Source of the DNA: a bacterium
GTDB taxonomy: Bacteria; JACRDZ01; JAQUKH01
Direction of reading: 5' to 3'
Length of the DNA: 33,708 nucleotides
Assembly: GCA_028719205.1 (NCBI GenBank)
Contig: JAQUKH010000028.1
Coordinates: forward strand, 1 to 33,708
In this document: positions 8,712 through 17,864 of the stretch, piece after piece
How positions within the stretch are numbered: position 1 is the stretch's first letter
How the letters are laid out: each line of letters starts with the position of its first letter
The notes under the pieces: generated by a model
The model's input: only the letters and a program-made list of their open reading frames with translations
What the model was told of the DNA's origin: nothing
Databases searched by the model: none
Program-made: the position numbers and the translations under genes

Positions 8712-9533
8712 ATGGAAATAATAACCTTAAAATATGCAATAAGATATTTAATGGTGTGTTTTTTTCTTTTGGTATTGGTCTTTGATGTAAAGGTTAAGGC
8801 GGCGTTAGTTATAAAACCCGCTTACATCATGCAGAAATTGACCCAGAAGCGTATTTCAGATGTCTTTTATATTAAAAATGTTGGGGATAAGGAGGAGCGG
8901 TACCGGGCTACCGCTATTCATTTTATAGTTGGTGATAAGGGTGGTTTACAGGTTATACCTTCTGATGAATATTCCCTGGCTCAATGGATAAAGTTTAATC
9001 CTACTGAATTTATCCTGCCTCCTAATACCAGCAGGATGATCCGGTATTCCATAATTCCACAGGGAAAATTGAAAGAACGGGAATATTGGGGTGCCATCCA
9101 GTTTGTTCCATTGAAAGGCCAGACAGTGACTACTAAAGGGAAGGAAGGCCAGGATATATCCCTGGAAGTTGTGAGTGTTATACTGGTGCCGATTTATGGC
9201 AAGGTTGAAGGGACTAAATTTTCCGGCGAACTTTCCGGCTTTGAGGCCAAACAGCAAAAGGATGACATTAACTTGCTGTTCCGCGTTAAAAATACTAACG
9301 AGGGTGTTTTGCGCTTGCCAGGCCTTTGCCAGATTGTGGATAGTAATAACAAGATAATAAAAGAAGTTGAAATAAAATCAATCGTAGTATTTCCTGGAAA
9401 AAATCGATTGATGAGTGTTTCTATCAAAGAAAAATTAACTTCAGGAAACTATACCGCAAGGGTAGTTCTCGATAATAAGGAAGAAAAAATTTATCTGACC
9501 GGTGAAGCTAGTTTTATATATGAAAGTAAATAA
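8712..9533 (+). CDS. Putative periplasmic pilus chaperone (PapD/EcpB-like)
   Basis: Signal peptide; FYIKNVGD, WIKFNPTEFILPPNTSRMIR, EYWGAIQF, ILVPIY and VKNTNEG resemble a two-Ig-domain chaperone; start could be 8682. Confidence 0.7.
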   Translation: MEIITLKYAIRYLMVCFFLLVLVFDVKVKAALVIKPAYIMQKLTQKRISDVFYIKNVGDKEERYRATAIHFIVGDKGGLQVIPSDEYSLAQWIKFNPTEFILPPNTSRMIRYSIIPQGKLKEREYWGAIQFVPLKGQTVTTKGKEGQDISLEVVSVILVPIYGKVEGTKFSGELSGFEAKQQKDDINLLFRVKNTNEGVLRLPGLCQIVDSNNKIIKEVEIKSIVVFPGKNRLMSVSIKEKLTSGNYTARVVLDNKEEKIYLTGEASFIYESK

Positions 9534-12500
9534 AACCGTACTTATAATAATATTGAATGTTTTTTTTTATAATTTTTCCTTTTGCGCGGAAATCCAGCCT
9601 GCTCAATCTTCATCATGGGACTTTCCATCACAAAAAACCGTTTTACAAACAGCCTTGACGGGTTTTCACCTGCAGGGAAAAAAACGCAGCCAAAGTATTT
9701 ATATTTTTGATTTTGATATAGTGATAACTGAAGATAATTCCCGTTTGGTGCCGTTATTCCGTTTATTACGCCTATTGGGCGCTAACGGCCAGGTACAATA
9801 TGATAATCTGATAACCTTTCAAGTGGAAGCCGGGCCAAAAGTGAAACTGAATGCCGTTGAGCAATCCCTGCATGTGGAGAATAGAAATATTCCTGTAGAA
9901 ATCAAAATTGGGAATTCAGATGTTACCGGACGGGGTGAGATGTATGTTTCAGAAAAGATAATTAAAGAAGCCTTCGGTTTTGATTTTAACTGGAGCGAAG
10001 AAAATTATGAGTATACATTAAATACTGATAAATCCCTTGAATTGTTCAATCAAAACCGGCCGGGAGGGCAATCTCTGCTTTCCGCGAAAGTACAGGAACC
10101 TTCTTCATCGCTTTATGAAACTGAACCTGATGTTTATTCAGATACCTGCAGGTCTTTTTTTTCTTTTATTCAGCCTCAGTTGCGTGTCGATAGCCAATAT
10201 CACTTGGTCAGAGATGAACGTCATGTAGAAACTGTCGCGCATCCGGCTTTAACTTTATGGGGGAATTTTTCGTCCGGCATATACAGGATAAAATTGAGCC
10301 AGACTATCAATTATCCAAATGCGAAAATCCCAAGCATTATAAACTGGCTGGATGAAGGTGTATGGACCTCCAAGGAAGAAAATATGATCACAAAGGTTGG
10401 AGATACTAATTTCGGGTGCAGTGAACTGGTGGCTCCGGGGACAAGTGTTTTTGGAGCCAGCGTTAAATGGATCTCGCCGCAAAAAGAAAAGGATGTTAAA
10501 TATGACCGTTACCTTAAGCGACGAAGTATCGGGTATTTAAGCGAGGATAATTTTGAAGGGCTGGCTCAACTTGGTGCAACCGTAGAGCTATGGGTAAATA
10601 ACATTCTTATACAGACTAAAATTGTTGAAGAGCCGGCAATTGAAAGAGCCGGTTATGGTATTTACAGGTTTAATAGTGTTGGTTTGCTTGAAAAGGCCCT
10701 GAATGAGATAAAAATTGTAATTAAGCGTAAAGACGGAATGGTTGAAGAGTATTACAAGCAAATACTTGGGACTACCGCCCTCCTGCCGGCTGGAAGCTGG
10801 GCAATCCTCGGCGGAGCGGGAACCCGCCGCCAGAAAAATTTAACTGAAACTGTGACAGAAGGAGTTTTTTTTGCTTCACAAGTTAACTATGGTCTTACCA
10901 AGGCGGTAACTTTAGGATTAACCGTTGCGGCCCAGAATAAATTTGCCCTTCTTTTAGATACAACAGGAAGTGTTTCAAGATCACCGGAAAGTTATAATGT
11001 CGGCCAACAGGTCAATATACGTCTACTGGACAAGTTATTGCTGAAGGAAGAAGCAGCTAAGAGTATAAAAACTGCGGATGATACAAATGCCGGGGCTTAT
11101 AAGCTTGGGATAGAATATTACTTCAAAAAAATAAAATTGGAATCACAGTTATTTTCATACGCGCCGGGGTATATGAACGGATTAACTGATATAAGCGACC
11201 GGCGGGGATATTCAGCTTTTACCCGCTGGCCGTTATTAAAGAAACTGTCTATGAATTTAATGGGCCTGCGTGTTCATAATAATATTGATCATAGTGAAGA
11301 TTATACAAAAACAGAAGATATTGTCAGTTTAAGTTTAAGTTTTCCCGGTTTGATTCCAAAAACAGATATAAGATTAGGCACTTTTTATACAGATCTGGAT
11401 AATTTAACCGGAATGAATATTAGATCTATTACGCGTACATATATCGCTGATATGAATATCAATTTTACAAACGACCTGAACATGGAAGTCAGACACGTAT
11501 TTGGGGATAAGTCCGGCTTGCAGGAGACTGAGGATTTGGCTTATGGGTTGTCTGTCCCTGGCATTGATCAATATTTTTCCCGTGGAACCAGGGTCAGGAC
11601 AAGTTACAGTATAAATCCACGCAATGCCGTATCTTCCATGTACTGGAAAACAGACAGCCAGCGCCAGGCAGAAGTCTCTTATGAACATAAATACTATAAC
11701 AGTGAAGGTAAAAACACCTGGGATTCCCGTATTGATCTTGGTAAGATCATTAGTACCGGAAAGTTTTACAGCCATGGCAATATGGAATTCAAAATTGATG
11801 AATCCGGATATAACCGCGTCGGTTTGGAAGCGGATACAAAGAATAACGGCAAGGAATATTATTTTGGATTTTATTTTTCTTTAAATAATCTTTTCAGTAT
11901 TAGTGAAGGCAAATTTAAGAAAGTAACGCAGTTTGGTATTTCCCCTGAAATGGGAGGCGTAGAAGGTTTTGTATACCTGGATAAAGACGGTAATGGCCAT
12001 CGCGGAGCGGATGAGCCGGGATTACCAAATATACCCATTATGATGAACGGGCGCAGTTATGGAGAATCGGACCAGAACGGCAATTTTTTTATCTCTTGTA
12101 ATCCTAAAAAAGAATTTGTGACTGTGAGCCTGGACGAATATTCATTACCGGCCATATATATACCGACGCAGGGCAAACAGAAAGTATATTGGAAAGAAGG
12201 GATATTCAGCAAAGCAAACCTTGGATTATGTGTTACTAACGCGGTTTCCGGTGAAGTCAGTGCTTATAGCCTGGAAAACACTAAAAAAAGATTTCCCGGG
12301 TTACGTGTGATGCTGCTTATGGCTGATGACAAGAAAACCTTAATAAGAGACTCTGTCACAGGGTCTGACGGCAGTTTCTATATCGGAGAAATTAAACCGG
12401 GGAACTACATGCTGGATATAGATATTGATTCCGTGCCGGTTGAATATAAACCAATAGGTTTGCCCAGGGAATTAAACATTGTATCCGGTGCTGAACCGGG

Positions 12501-12543
12501 CGAACTTAAGGATTTTAATATTTTGTTGATAAAAAAGGAATAG
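9520..12543 (+). CDS. Large usher-like outer-membrane protein with C-terminal SdrD-B/carboxypeptidase-regulatory-like domains
   Basis: Signal peptide; ATVELWVNN...G.Y.F and NEIKIVI plug-like region; YGLTKAVTLG barrel strand; GFVYLDKDGNGHRGADEPG and TGSDGSFYIGEIKPGNY C-terminal repeats. Confidence 0.6.
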   Translation: MKVNKTVLIIILNVFFYNFSFCAEIQPAQSSSWDFPSQKTVLQTALTGFHLQGKKRSQSIYIFDFDIVITEDNSRLVPLFRLLRLLGANGQVQYDNLITFQVEAGPKVKLNAVEQSLHVENRNIPVEIKIGNSDVTGRGEMYVSEKIIKEAFGFDFNWSEENYEYTLNTDKSLELFNQNRPGGQSLLSAKVQEPSSSLYETEPDVYSDTCRSFFSFIQPQLRVDSQYHLVRDERHVETVAHPALTLWGNFSSGIYRIKLSQTINYPNAKIPSIINWLDEGVWTSKEENMITKVGDTNFGCSELVAPGTSVFGASVKWISPQKEKDVKYDRYLKRRSIGYLSEDNFEGLAQLGATVELWVNNILIQTKIVEEPAIERAGYGIYRFNSVGLLEKALNEIKIVIKRKDGMVEEYYKQILGTTALLPAGSWAILGGAGTRRQKNLTETVTEGVFFASQVNYGLTKAVTLGLTVAAQNKFALLLDTTGSVSRSPESYNVGQQVNIRLLDKLLLKEEAAKSIKTADDTNAGAYKLGIEYYFKKIKLESQLFSYAPGYMNGLTDISDRRGYSAFTRWPLLKKLSMNLMGLRVHNNIDHSEDYTKTEDIVSLSLSFPGLIPKTDIRLGTFYTDLDNLTGMNIRSITRTYIADMNINFTNDLNMEVRHVFGDKSGLQETEDLAYGLSVPGIDQYFSRGTRVRTSYSINPRNAVSSMYWKTDSQRQAEVSYEHKYYNSEGKNTWDSRIDLGKIISTGKFYSHGNMEFKIDESGYNRVGLEADTKNNGKEYYFGFYFSLNNLFSISEGKFKKVTQFGISPEMGGVEGFVYLDKDGNGHRGADEPGLPNIPIMMNGRSYGESDQNGNFFISCNPKKEFVTVSLDEYSLPAIYIPTQGKQKVYWKEGIFSKANLGLCVTNAVSGEVSAYSLENTKKRFPGLRVMLLMADDKKTLIRDSVTGSDGSFYIGEIKPGNYMLDIDIDSVPVEYKPIGLPRELNIVSGAEPGELKDFNILLIKKE

Positions 12544-12544
12544 C

Positions 12545-12573
12545 TTGCAATAAATTTAAATAACCGATAATAT
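12545..12573 (+). promoter_or_regulatory. Putative promoter of malQ
   Basis: TTGCAA, 17 bp spacer, TAATAT ending 6 nt before the ATG; no SD. Confidence 0.45.
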
Positions 12574-12579
12574 TATAAT

Positions 12580-14079
12580 ATGTCAAATCGAAAAAGCGGA
12601 ATACTTTTACATATCAGTTCGCTTCCCTCGCCCTATGGAATAGGTGATTTTGGTCCGCAAGCCTATAAATTTGCCGATTTCCTTGGCAAAACCAAACAAG
12701 GTTTTTGGCAGGTATTGCCTTTTAATCCTACTGAAGTTGAATTCGGTAATTGTCCTTATAACAGTCTTTCTGTCTTCGCGGGGAACACGCTTTTTATCAG
12801 CCCTGACCTATTGGCCAGGGATGGATTTTTAGACAAAAAGGATCTTAAGCCTAAACCTGTATTCCCTAAAGAAAAATGTGATTATGCCGGCGTTACATCC
12901 TATAAACAAAAAATATTTTATAAAGCGTATGAAAACTTTAAAGGGAAAAAAGAAGGATTAAAAGAATATAAAGAATTTTGTTTAAAGAATTCCGAATGGC
13001 TGGAGGATTTTTCTATTTTTGTGGTATTAAAAAAAGTTTTTGAAGGGAAAGCCTGGTGCGATTGGCCGGAAGGACTTAAGAACAGGGAACAAAGTTCTTT
13101 GGAGGATATCAGAAAAAAATATGGCAGCGAAATTGAGCGCGAAAAATTTCTACAGTATGTTTTCCATAAGCAATGGTATATGTTAAAAAAATATTGCGAC
13201 AAAAACGGGATAAAAATAATAGGAGATATCCCTATTTATGTTTGTTATGATAGCGTTGATGTATGGAAAAATCCTGAATTATTTAATCTTGATGGAAATA
13301 AAAAACCGGTTACGGTCTCAGGTGTTCCCCCGGATTATTTTAGTTCTACCGGACAGTTATGGGGAAATCCGGTGTATAGATGGGACGCCCTGAAAGAAAC
13401 AAATTATAAATGGTGGATTGACCGGATGGCGCGTGATCTTGAAATTTTTGATATTATGAGAATAGACCACTTCCGCGGTTTTGTAGGGTACTGGGAAGTT
13501 CCTGCCAGTGAAATTACGGCAGTGAACGGCCGATGGGTTCAGGCGAACGCCGTGGATTTTTTTAATACGGTAGCCTGCAAGTTTCCAGGTATGCCTTTTA
13601 TTGCCGAGGATCTGGGTATTATAACGGATGATGTCAGGGAGGTTATAAAAAAATTTAATTTTCCGGGCATGAGAGTAATGCTTTTCGCGTTTGGCGATGA
13701 TAATAACGACAATCCATACCTTCCTCGTAATTTTATAGAGAATTGTGTTGTATATACAGGTACTCATGATAACAATACGGTAAGAGGCTGGTTTGAGAAC
13801 GAATCTAGTGCTAAAGAGAAAGAACGATTGTTCCGTTATTTAGGACACGAGGTTGATTCACGTAACGCGCATATGGGATTTATTAAGCTTGCGATGGATT
13901 CGGTCGCGAATACGGTTGTTTTTCCAATGCAGGATATTTTAGGATTAGGAAGTTACGCGCGAATGAATATACCGTCAACTACATGCGGCAATTGGGAATG
14001 GCGGTTATTGCCGGGACAAATTACCAAGAATGTTTCTGATAAACTTTTAAAAATAACAGAGACTTATAAAAGGGGATAG
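12580..14079 (+). CDS. malQ: 4-alpha-glucanotransferase (amylomaltase, GH77)
   Basis: RKSGILLHISSLP, GDIPIYV, GVPPDYFSSTGQLWGNP, RIDHFRGF, AEDLG, YTGTHDN. Confidence 0.97.
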   Translation: MSNRKSGILLHISSLPSPYGIGDFGPQAYKFADFLGKTKQGFWQVLPFNPTEVEFGNCPYNSLSVFAGNTLFISPDLLARDGFLDKKDLKPKPVFPKEKCDYAGVTSYKQKIFYKAYENFKGKKEGLKEYKEFCLKNSEWLEDFSIFVVLKKVFEGKAWCDWPEGLKNREQSSLEDIRKKYGSEIEREKFLQYVFHKQWYMLKKYCDKNGIKIIGDIPIYVCYDSVDVWKNPELFNLDGNKKPVTVSGVPPDYFSSTGQLWGNPVYRWDALKETNYKWWIDRMARDLEIFDIMRIDHFRGFVGYWEVPASEITAVNGRWVQANAVDFFNTVACKFPGMPFIAEDLGIITDDVREVIKKFNFPGMRVMLFAFGDDNNDNPYLPRNFIENCVVYTGTHDNNTVRGWFENESSAKEKERLFRYLGHEVDSRNAHMGFIKLAMDSVANTVVFPMQDILGLGSYARMNIPSTTCGNWEWRLLPGQITKNVSDKLLKITETYKRG

Positions 14080-14087
14080 GAGAAAAT

Positions 14088-15107
14088 ATGGGTGAACTAC
14101 GCAAAGATCCGATTTTGGAACGATGGGTAATTATAGCGAGCGAACGGTCAAAAAGGCCGGGAGGATTTTTTAAAGCACCAAGAATAACTGAAAAAACAGA
14201 TCCTGATAAATGCCCTTTCTGTCCGGGACATGAGTCAATGACGCCGCCCGAGATTTTCAGCCTGCGCGATCCAAAAGCAAATACCTGGAAAACGCGGGTT
14301 ATTCCAAACAAGTATCTGGCTTTAAGTTTGGATAATCCTTTTGTTAAAAAAGGCAAAGGGATGTATGACATGATGACAAATTTCGGCGCGCATGAAGTTT
14401 TGATCGAAACACCTTTCCATGAAAAAGAGGCAAAGGACCAGTCAAAAGAAGAAATAATTACCTGGCTTTCCGTGCTTCAACAGCGGACGGAAGACCTGAC
14501 AAAAGACCAGAGATTCAGGCATATTTTAATATTTAAGAATAAAGGTAAATCGGCGGGCGCTTCATTGTCGCATCCGCATCACCAGATCATGGCCACCCCG
14601 ATAACGCCCAAACGGGTAAGAGAAGAATTAAACGGATCATTTCATTATTATAAAATGAAAGAAAGATGCATCTTTTGTGATATTATCAATCAGGAACAAT
14701 CCGATGGCGAAAGGATCGTTTATGAAAACGAAGCATATATAAGTTTTTGCCCTTACGCGTCAAGATTTCCTTACGAGATCTGGATCCTGCCGAAAACGCA
14801 TGAGATCGATTTTTACGCGAAAAGTGTTAAAGACACTATGCCTTTATTAGCAGAATTGCTTAAGATTGTCTTGCAGAAATTGTCAGCTGTTCTGGGTGAT
14901 CCCGACTATAACTATATTTTCCATAATTCGCCCAACCGCATTCCGCGGAGGGATTATTGGCATACTGTAAAAGAAGATTATCATTGGCATATAGAACTTT
15001 TACCGAAATTGACAACAATTGCCGGTTTTGAATGGGGCACGGGATTTTTTATAAATCCGCTGGCGCCGGAAGACGCGGCTAAAGAGTTGAGGGAAGTAAA
15101 AATATAA
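14088..15107 (+). CDS. galT: GalT-family nucleotidyltransferase
   Basis: ELRKDP, CPFCPG, GAHEVLIE, GASLSHPHHQ (HxHxQ), AGFEWGTG, PEDAA. Confidence 0.9.
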   Translation: MGELRKDPILERWVIIASERSKRPGGFFKAPRITEKTDPDKCPFCPGHESMTPPEIFSLRDPKANTWKTRVIPNKYLALSLDNPFVKKGKGMYDMMTNFGAHEVLIETPFHEKEAKDQSKEEIITWLSVLQQRTEDLTKDQRFRHILIFKNKGKSAGASLSHPHHQIMATPITPKRVREELNGSFHYYKMKERCIFCDIINQEQSDGERIVYENEAYISFCPYASRFPYEIWILPKTHEIDFYAKSVKDTMPLLAELLKIVLQKLSAVLGDPDYNYIFHNSPNRIPRRDYWHTVKEDYHWHIELLPKLTTIAGFEWGTGFFINPLAPEDAAKELREVKI

Positions 15108-15123
15108 AAAGGGAGAGGTAATC

Positions 15124-16551
15124 ATGAATATACTCTTTGTTTCTTCTGAAGTTTTTCCGTTTGCGAAGACCGGCGGCCTTGCCGATGTGTCAGGCGCCCT
15201 GCCGGACGCGTTAAATTCCTTAAAGCATAAATGCAGTATAATAATGCCGATGTATCGCAAGGTTATGGAAAATGGATTTTATCCTCCCGTTTTAAAGAAA
15301 AATTTGAAAATTAGTCTTGGACAGAGAGAATATATATTTGATCTTCTATTCCTTAAGCACAGAAATACTGATGTATATTTTATTGATAATAAAGAATTTT
15401 TTAACAGAGACGGCCTTTACGGCACACCTGAAGCCGATCATCCGGATAACGCCCTGCGTTTCGCGTTCTTCGCGAAGGCTATTCTTTCCGTGCTCAATGA
15501 TATCGGGAAAATAGATGTAATACATTGCAACGATTGGCAATCCGGGTTATTGCCGCTTTATTTAAAAATAAATAAAGATCCAATCACTAAAATAAAAACT
15601 GTTTTTACTATCCATAATATGGCGTATCAGGGGCTTTTTGGACCGGATGTAATACCTTCAATAGGCCTTACCTGGGATTTTTTAACGATGGATAAACTGG
15701 AATTTTACGGCAAAATAAGTTACATGAAGGCGGGAATTATTTATTCAGACGCTGTTACTACTGTAAGCAAGGGATACGCAAAGGAGATCCTGACAAGTGA
15801 GTTTGGATGCGGCCTTGACGGTTTATTGCAGACAAGGGCTTCATCCATTTACGGGATATTGAACGGAGTGGATTATTCTGAGTGGAATCCGAAAACAGAT
15901 ATATATATAGCGGGAAAATATAATGAGAAAGACCTTACTGAAAAAGTCGAATGTAAAAAGAATCTCCTGAGGTTATTTAAACTGCCTTTTGATGACAAAA
16001 AACCGGTTATTGGATTGATAACACGCCTTGCCGCTCAAAAAGGTTTAGACCTTGTAGCGGAGCGGATAGAAGATATCCTTTCATTAAATACATATCTGGT
16101 CCTTTTAGGTACAGGTGATGAAAAATATAATAATATGTTCAAAAATATTGCTGAAAAATATAAGGGCAAGGCCGGAATTAAAATAGGTTTTGACAACGCG
16201 CTTGCCCATCAAATAGAGGCCGGGAGCGATATGTTCCTTATGCCGTCGAGGTATGAACCTTGCGGCCTGAACCAGATGTACAGCTTAAAATACGGAACGG
16301 TTCCTGTAGTAAGGGCGACAGGCGGGCTGGATGACACTATTTCTGATTTTAACCCCGCGACAAAAAAAGGCAACGGTTTCAAATTTTCTGAAGCATCAGG
16401 TGATGCCTTAGTCGCGGTTCTCAAAAGGGCCGTTGAAGTTTATAAAAATAATAAAAATTGGAAAGTTCTGCAGCAAAACGGCATGAACTGTGATTTTTCG
16501 TGGGAGAATTCCGCGAAAGAATACATCGAATTATATAAGAAAATCTCTTAA
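15124..16551 (+). CDS. glgA: Glycogen synthase (GT5)
   Basis: SEVFPFAKTGGLADV, HCNDWQ, TIHNMAYQG, RLAAQKG, MPSRYEPCGLNQ. Confidence 0.97.
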   Translation: MNILFVSSEVFPFAKTGGLADVSGALPDALNSLKHKCSIIMPMYRKVMENGFYPPVLKKNLKISLGQREYIFDLLFLKHRNTDVYFIDNKEFFNRDGLYGTPEADHPDNALRFAFFAKAILSVLNDIGKIDVIHCNDWQSGLLPLYLKINKDPITKIKTVFTIHNMAYQGLFGPDVIPSIGLTWDFLTMDKLEFYGKISYMKAGIIYSDAVTTVSKGYAKEILTSEFGCGLDGLLQTRASSIYGILNGVDYSEWNPKTDIYIAGKYNEKDLTEKVECKKNLLRLFKLPFDDKKPVIGLITRLAAQKGLDLVAERIEDILSLNTYLVLLGTGDEKYNNMFKNIAEKYKGKAGIKIGFDNALAHQIEAGSDMFLMPSRYEPCGLNQMYSLKYGTVPVVRATGGLDDTISDFNPATKKGNGFKFSEASGDALVAVLKRAVEVYKNNKNWKVLQQNGMNCDFSWENSAKEYIELYKKIS

Positions 16552-16565
16552 TATTGTTTTGGACA

Positions 16566-17807
16566 ATGACAATATTCTTCCGGAAATTTCCTAATAATAT
16601 TTTAACCATTCCTGTTCTGGTAAATTCACTTGAAAATTTATTCGGGCCTGAAGAGCTGAAATGCTTTTGTTTTTTTTCAATGGAAGAACTTTCGCAATTA
16701 AGCGCTTTTTCGGATAAAACTTTCTATATTGTTTACTCGTTCATGACGACGGAAGCGGAGAAGGTCTATAATGAGGTAAGGCAGATAAGAGGATTATTAA
16801 AAAATAAGAAATATCTTATCCTGGGAGGAGGCTCCCATTTAAACGGGGATGATAAAAATTATTTTGGTTTTGATCAAGTATTTTCAGGTTATAGCGAGGA
16901 GAGTTTTCCTTATTTTTTGAAAGACGCGGAAAATAACTCTTCAGCATATCTGAATAAAAAATATTTAATAAAAGATAAAACTGTTTTCCCCGCGGATAAT
17001 CCTATCCTTGATCAATCCTTTCCGTTTAACGGATCTTTTATGACATCACCTCCGCTTGAAATAATGCGCGGATGCAGGCAAAAATGCAATTTCTGCCAGA
17101 CGGGGACAGTTAATAAAAATAATTTCCAGATACGAAGCCCGGAATCCATAGAAAAATATCTTATTTATTCGAAAAATAAAACCTTCCAGCGAATAAATTT
17201 TATTTCGCCGAACGCGTTTGATTATAAGCTTCCTGGTAAATCCGCTTTCGGATCAATAGAAGATCTATTGTCGCTTTGCGCGAAATATAAATTCAAATAT
17301 ATAGAATACGGGATCTTTCCTTCCGAGGTCCGGCCTGAGTCGGTAAATAAAGAAATTATCGGCCTTATAAAAAAATATTGCACGAATAAAAAAGTTACGA
17401 TCGGGGGCCAGAGCGGGAATAACAGGATGTTGAAATTGATCAACCGGACACATTCGGTTGAAGATATTATCAACGCTTCGCGGATCATTTATGAGGCAGG
17501 ACTGACCCCGAATATTGATTTTATCATTGGTTTTCCGGAAGAGACTAGGGAAGATAGAATTGAATTATTCACTTTGATAAAGATGCTTTCGAAAAAATTC
17601 AGGGCTAAGATCCAGATGCATTATTTTATTCCTCTTTCAGGCACAAAATATAATTTTAAAAATCCCACCCCGATCGATCCTGAAACACAAAAAGACCTGG
17701 ATAAATTGACAGAGGGCGGCGTTATATTAAGCTGGTGGAGAAACGGCATAAAATTGTCGGAACAGGTTGTTAACTTCAGGGATTTTATAAATACTACAAT
17801 CTCTTGA
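16566..17807 (+). CDS. B12-binding/radical SAM protein (TIGR04013-like)
   Basis: EIMRGCRQKCNFCQT, FISPNAF, FPSEVRPE, IGGQSG; ATG at 16566 (TTG 16554 possible). Confidence 0.8.
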   Translation: MTIFFRKFPNNILTIPVLVNSLENLFGPEELKCFCFFSMEELSQLSAFSDKTFYIVYSFMTTEAEKVYNEVRQIRGLLKNKKYLILGGGSHLNGDDKNYFGFDQVFSGYSEESFPYFLKDAENNSSAYLNKKYLIKDKTVFPADNPILDQSFPFNGSFMTSPPLEIMRGCRQKCNFCQTGTVNKNNFQIRSPESIEKYLIYSKNKTFQRINFISPNAFDYKLPGKSAFGSIEDLLSLCAKYKFKYIEYGIFPSEVRPESVNKEIIGLIKKYCTNKKVTIGGQSGNNRMLKLINRTHSVEDIINASRIIYEAGLTPNIDFIIGFPEETREDRIELFTLIKMLSKKFRAKIQMHYFIPLSGTKYNFKNPTPIDPETQKDLDKLTEGGVILSWWRNGIKLSEQVVNFRDFINTTIS

Positions 17808-17832
17808 CATTTATTTTTTTAGGGTATAGACT
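17804..17832 (+). promoter_or_regulatory. Sigma70-type promoter of the sulfur relay operon
   Basis: TTGACA, 17 bp spacer, TAGACT. Confidence 0.6.
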
Positions 17833-17864
17833 ATATTTAGTAACGGGATGGGTTGAAAGGGAGT

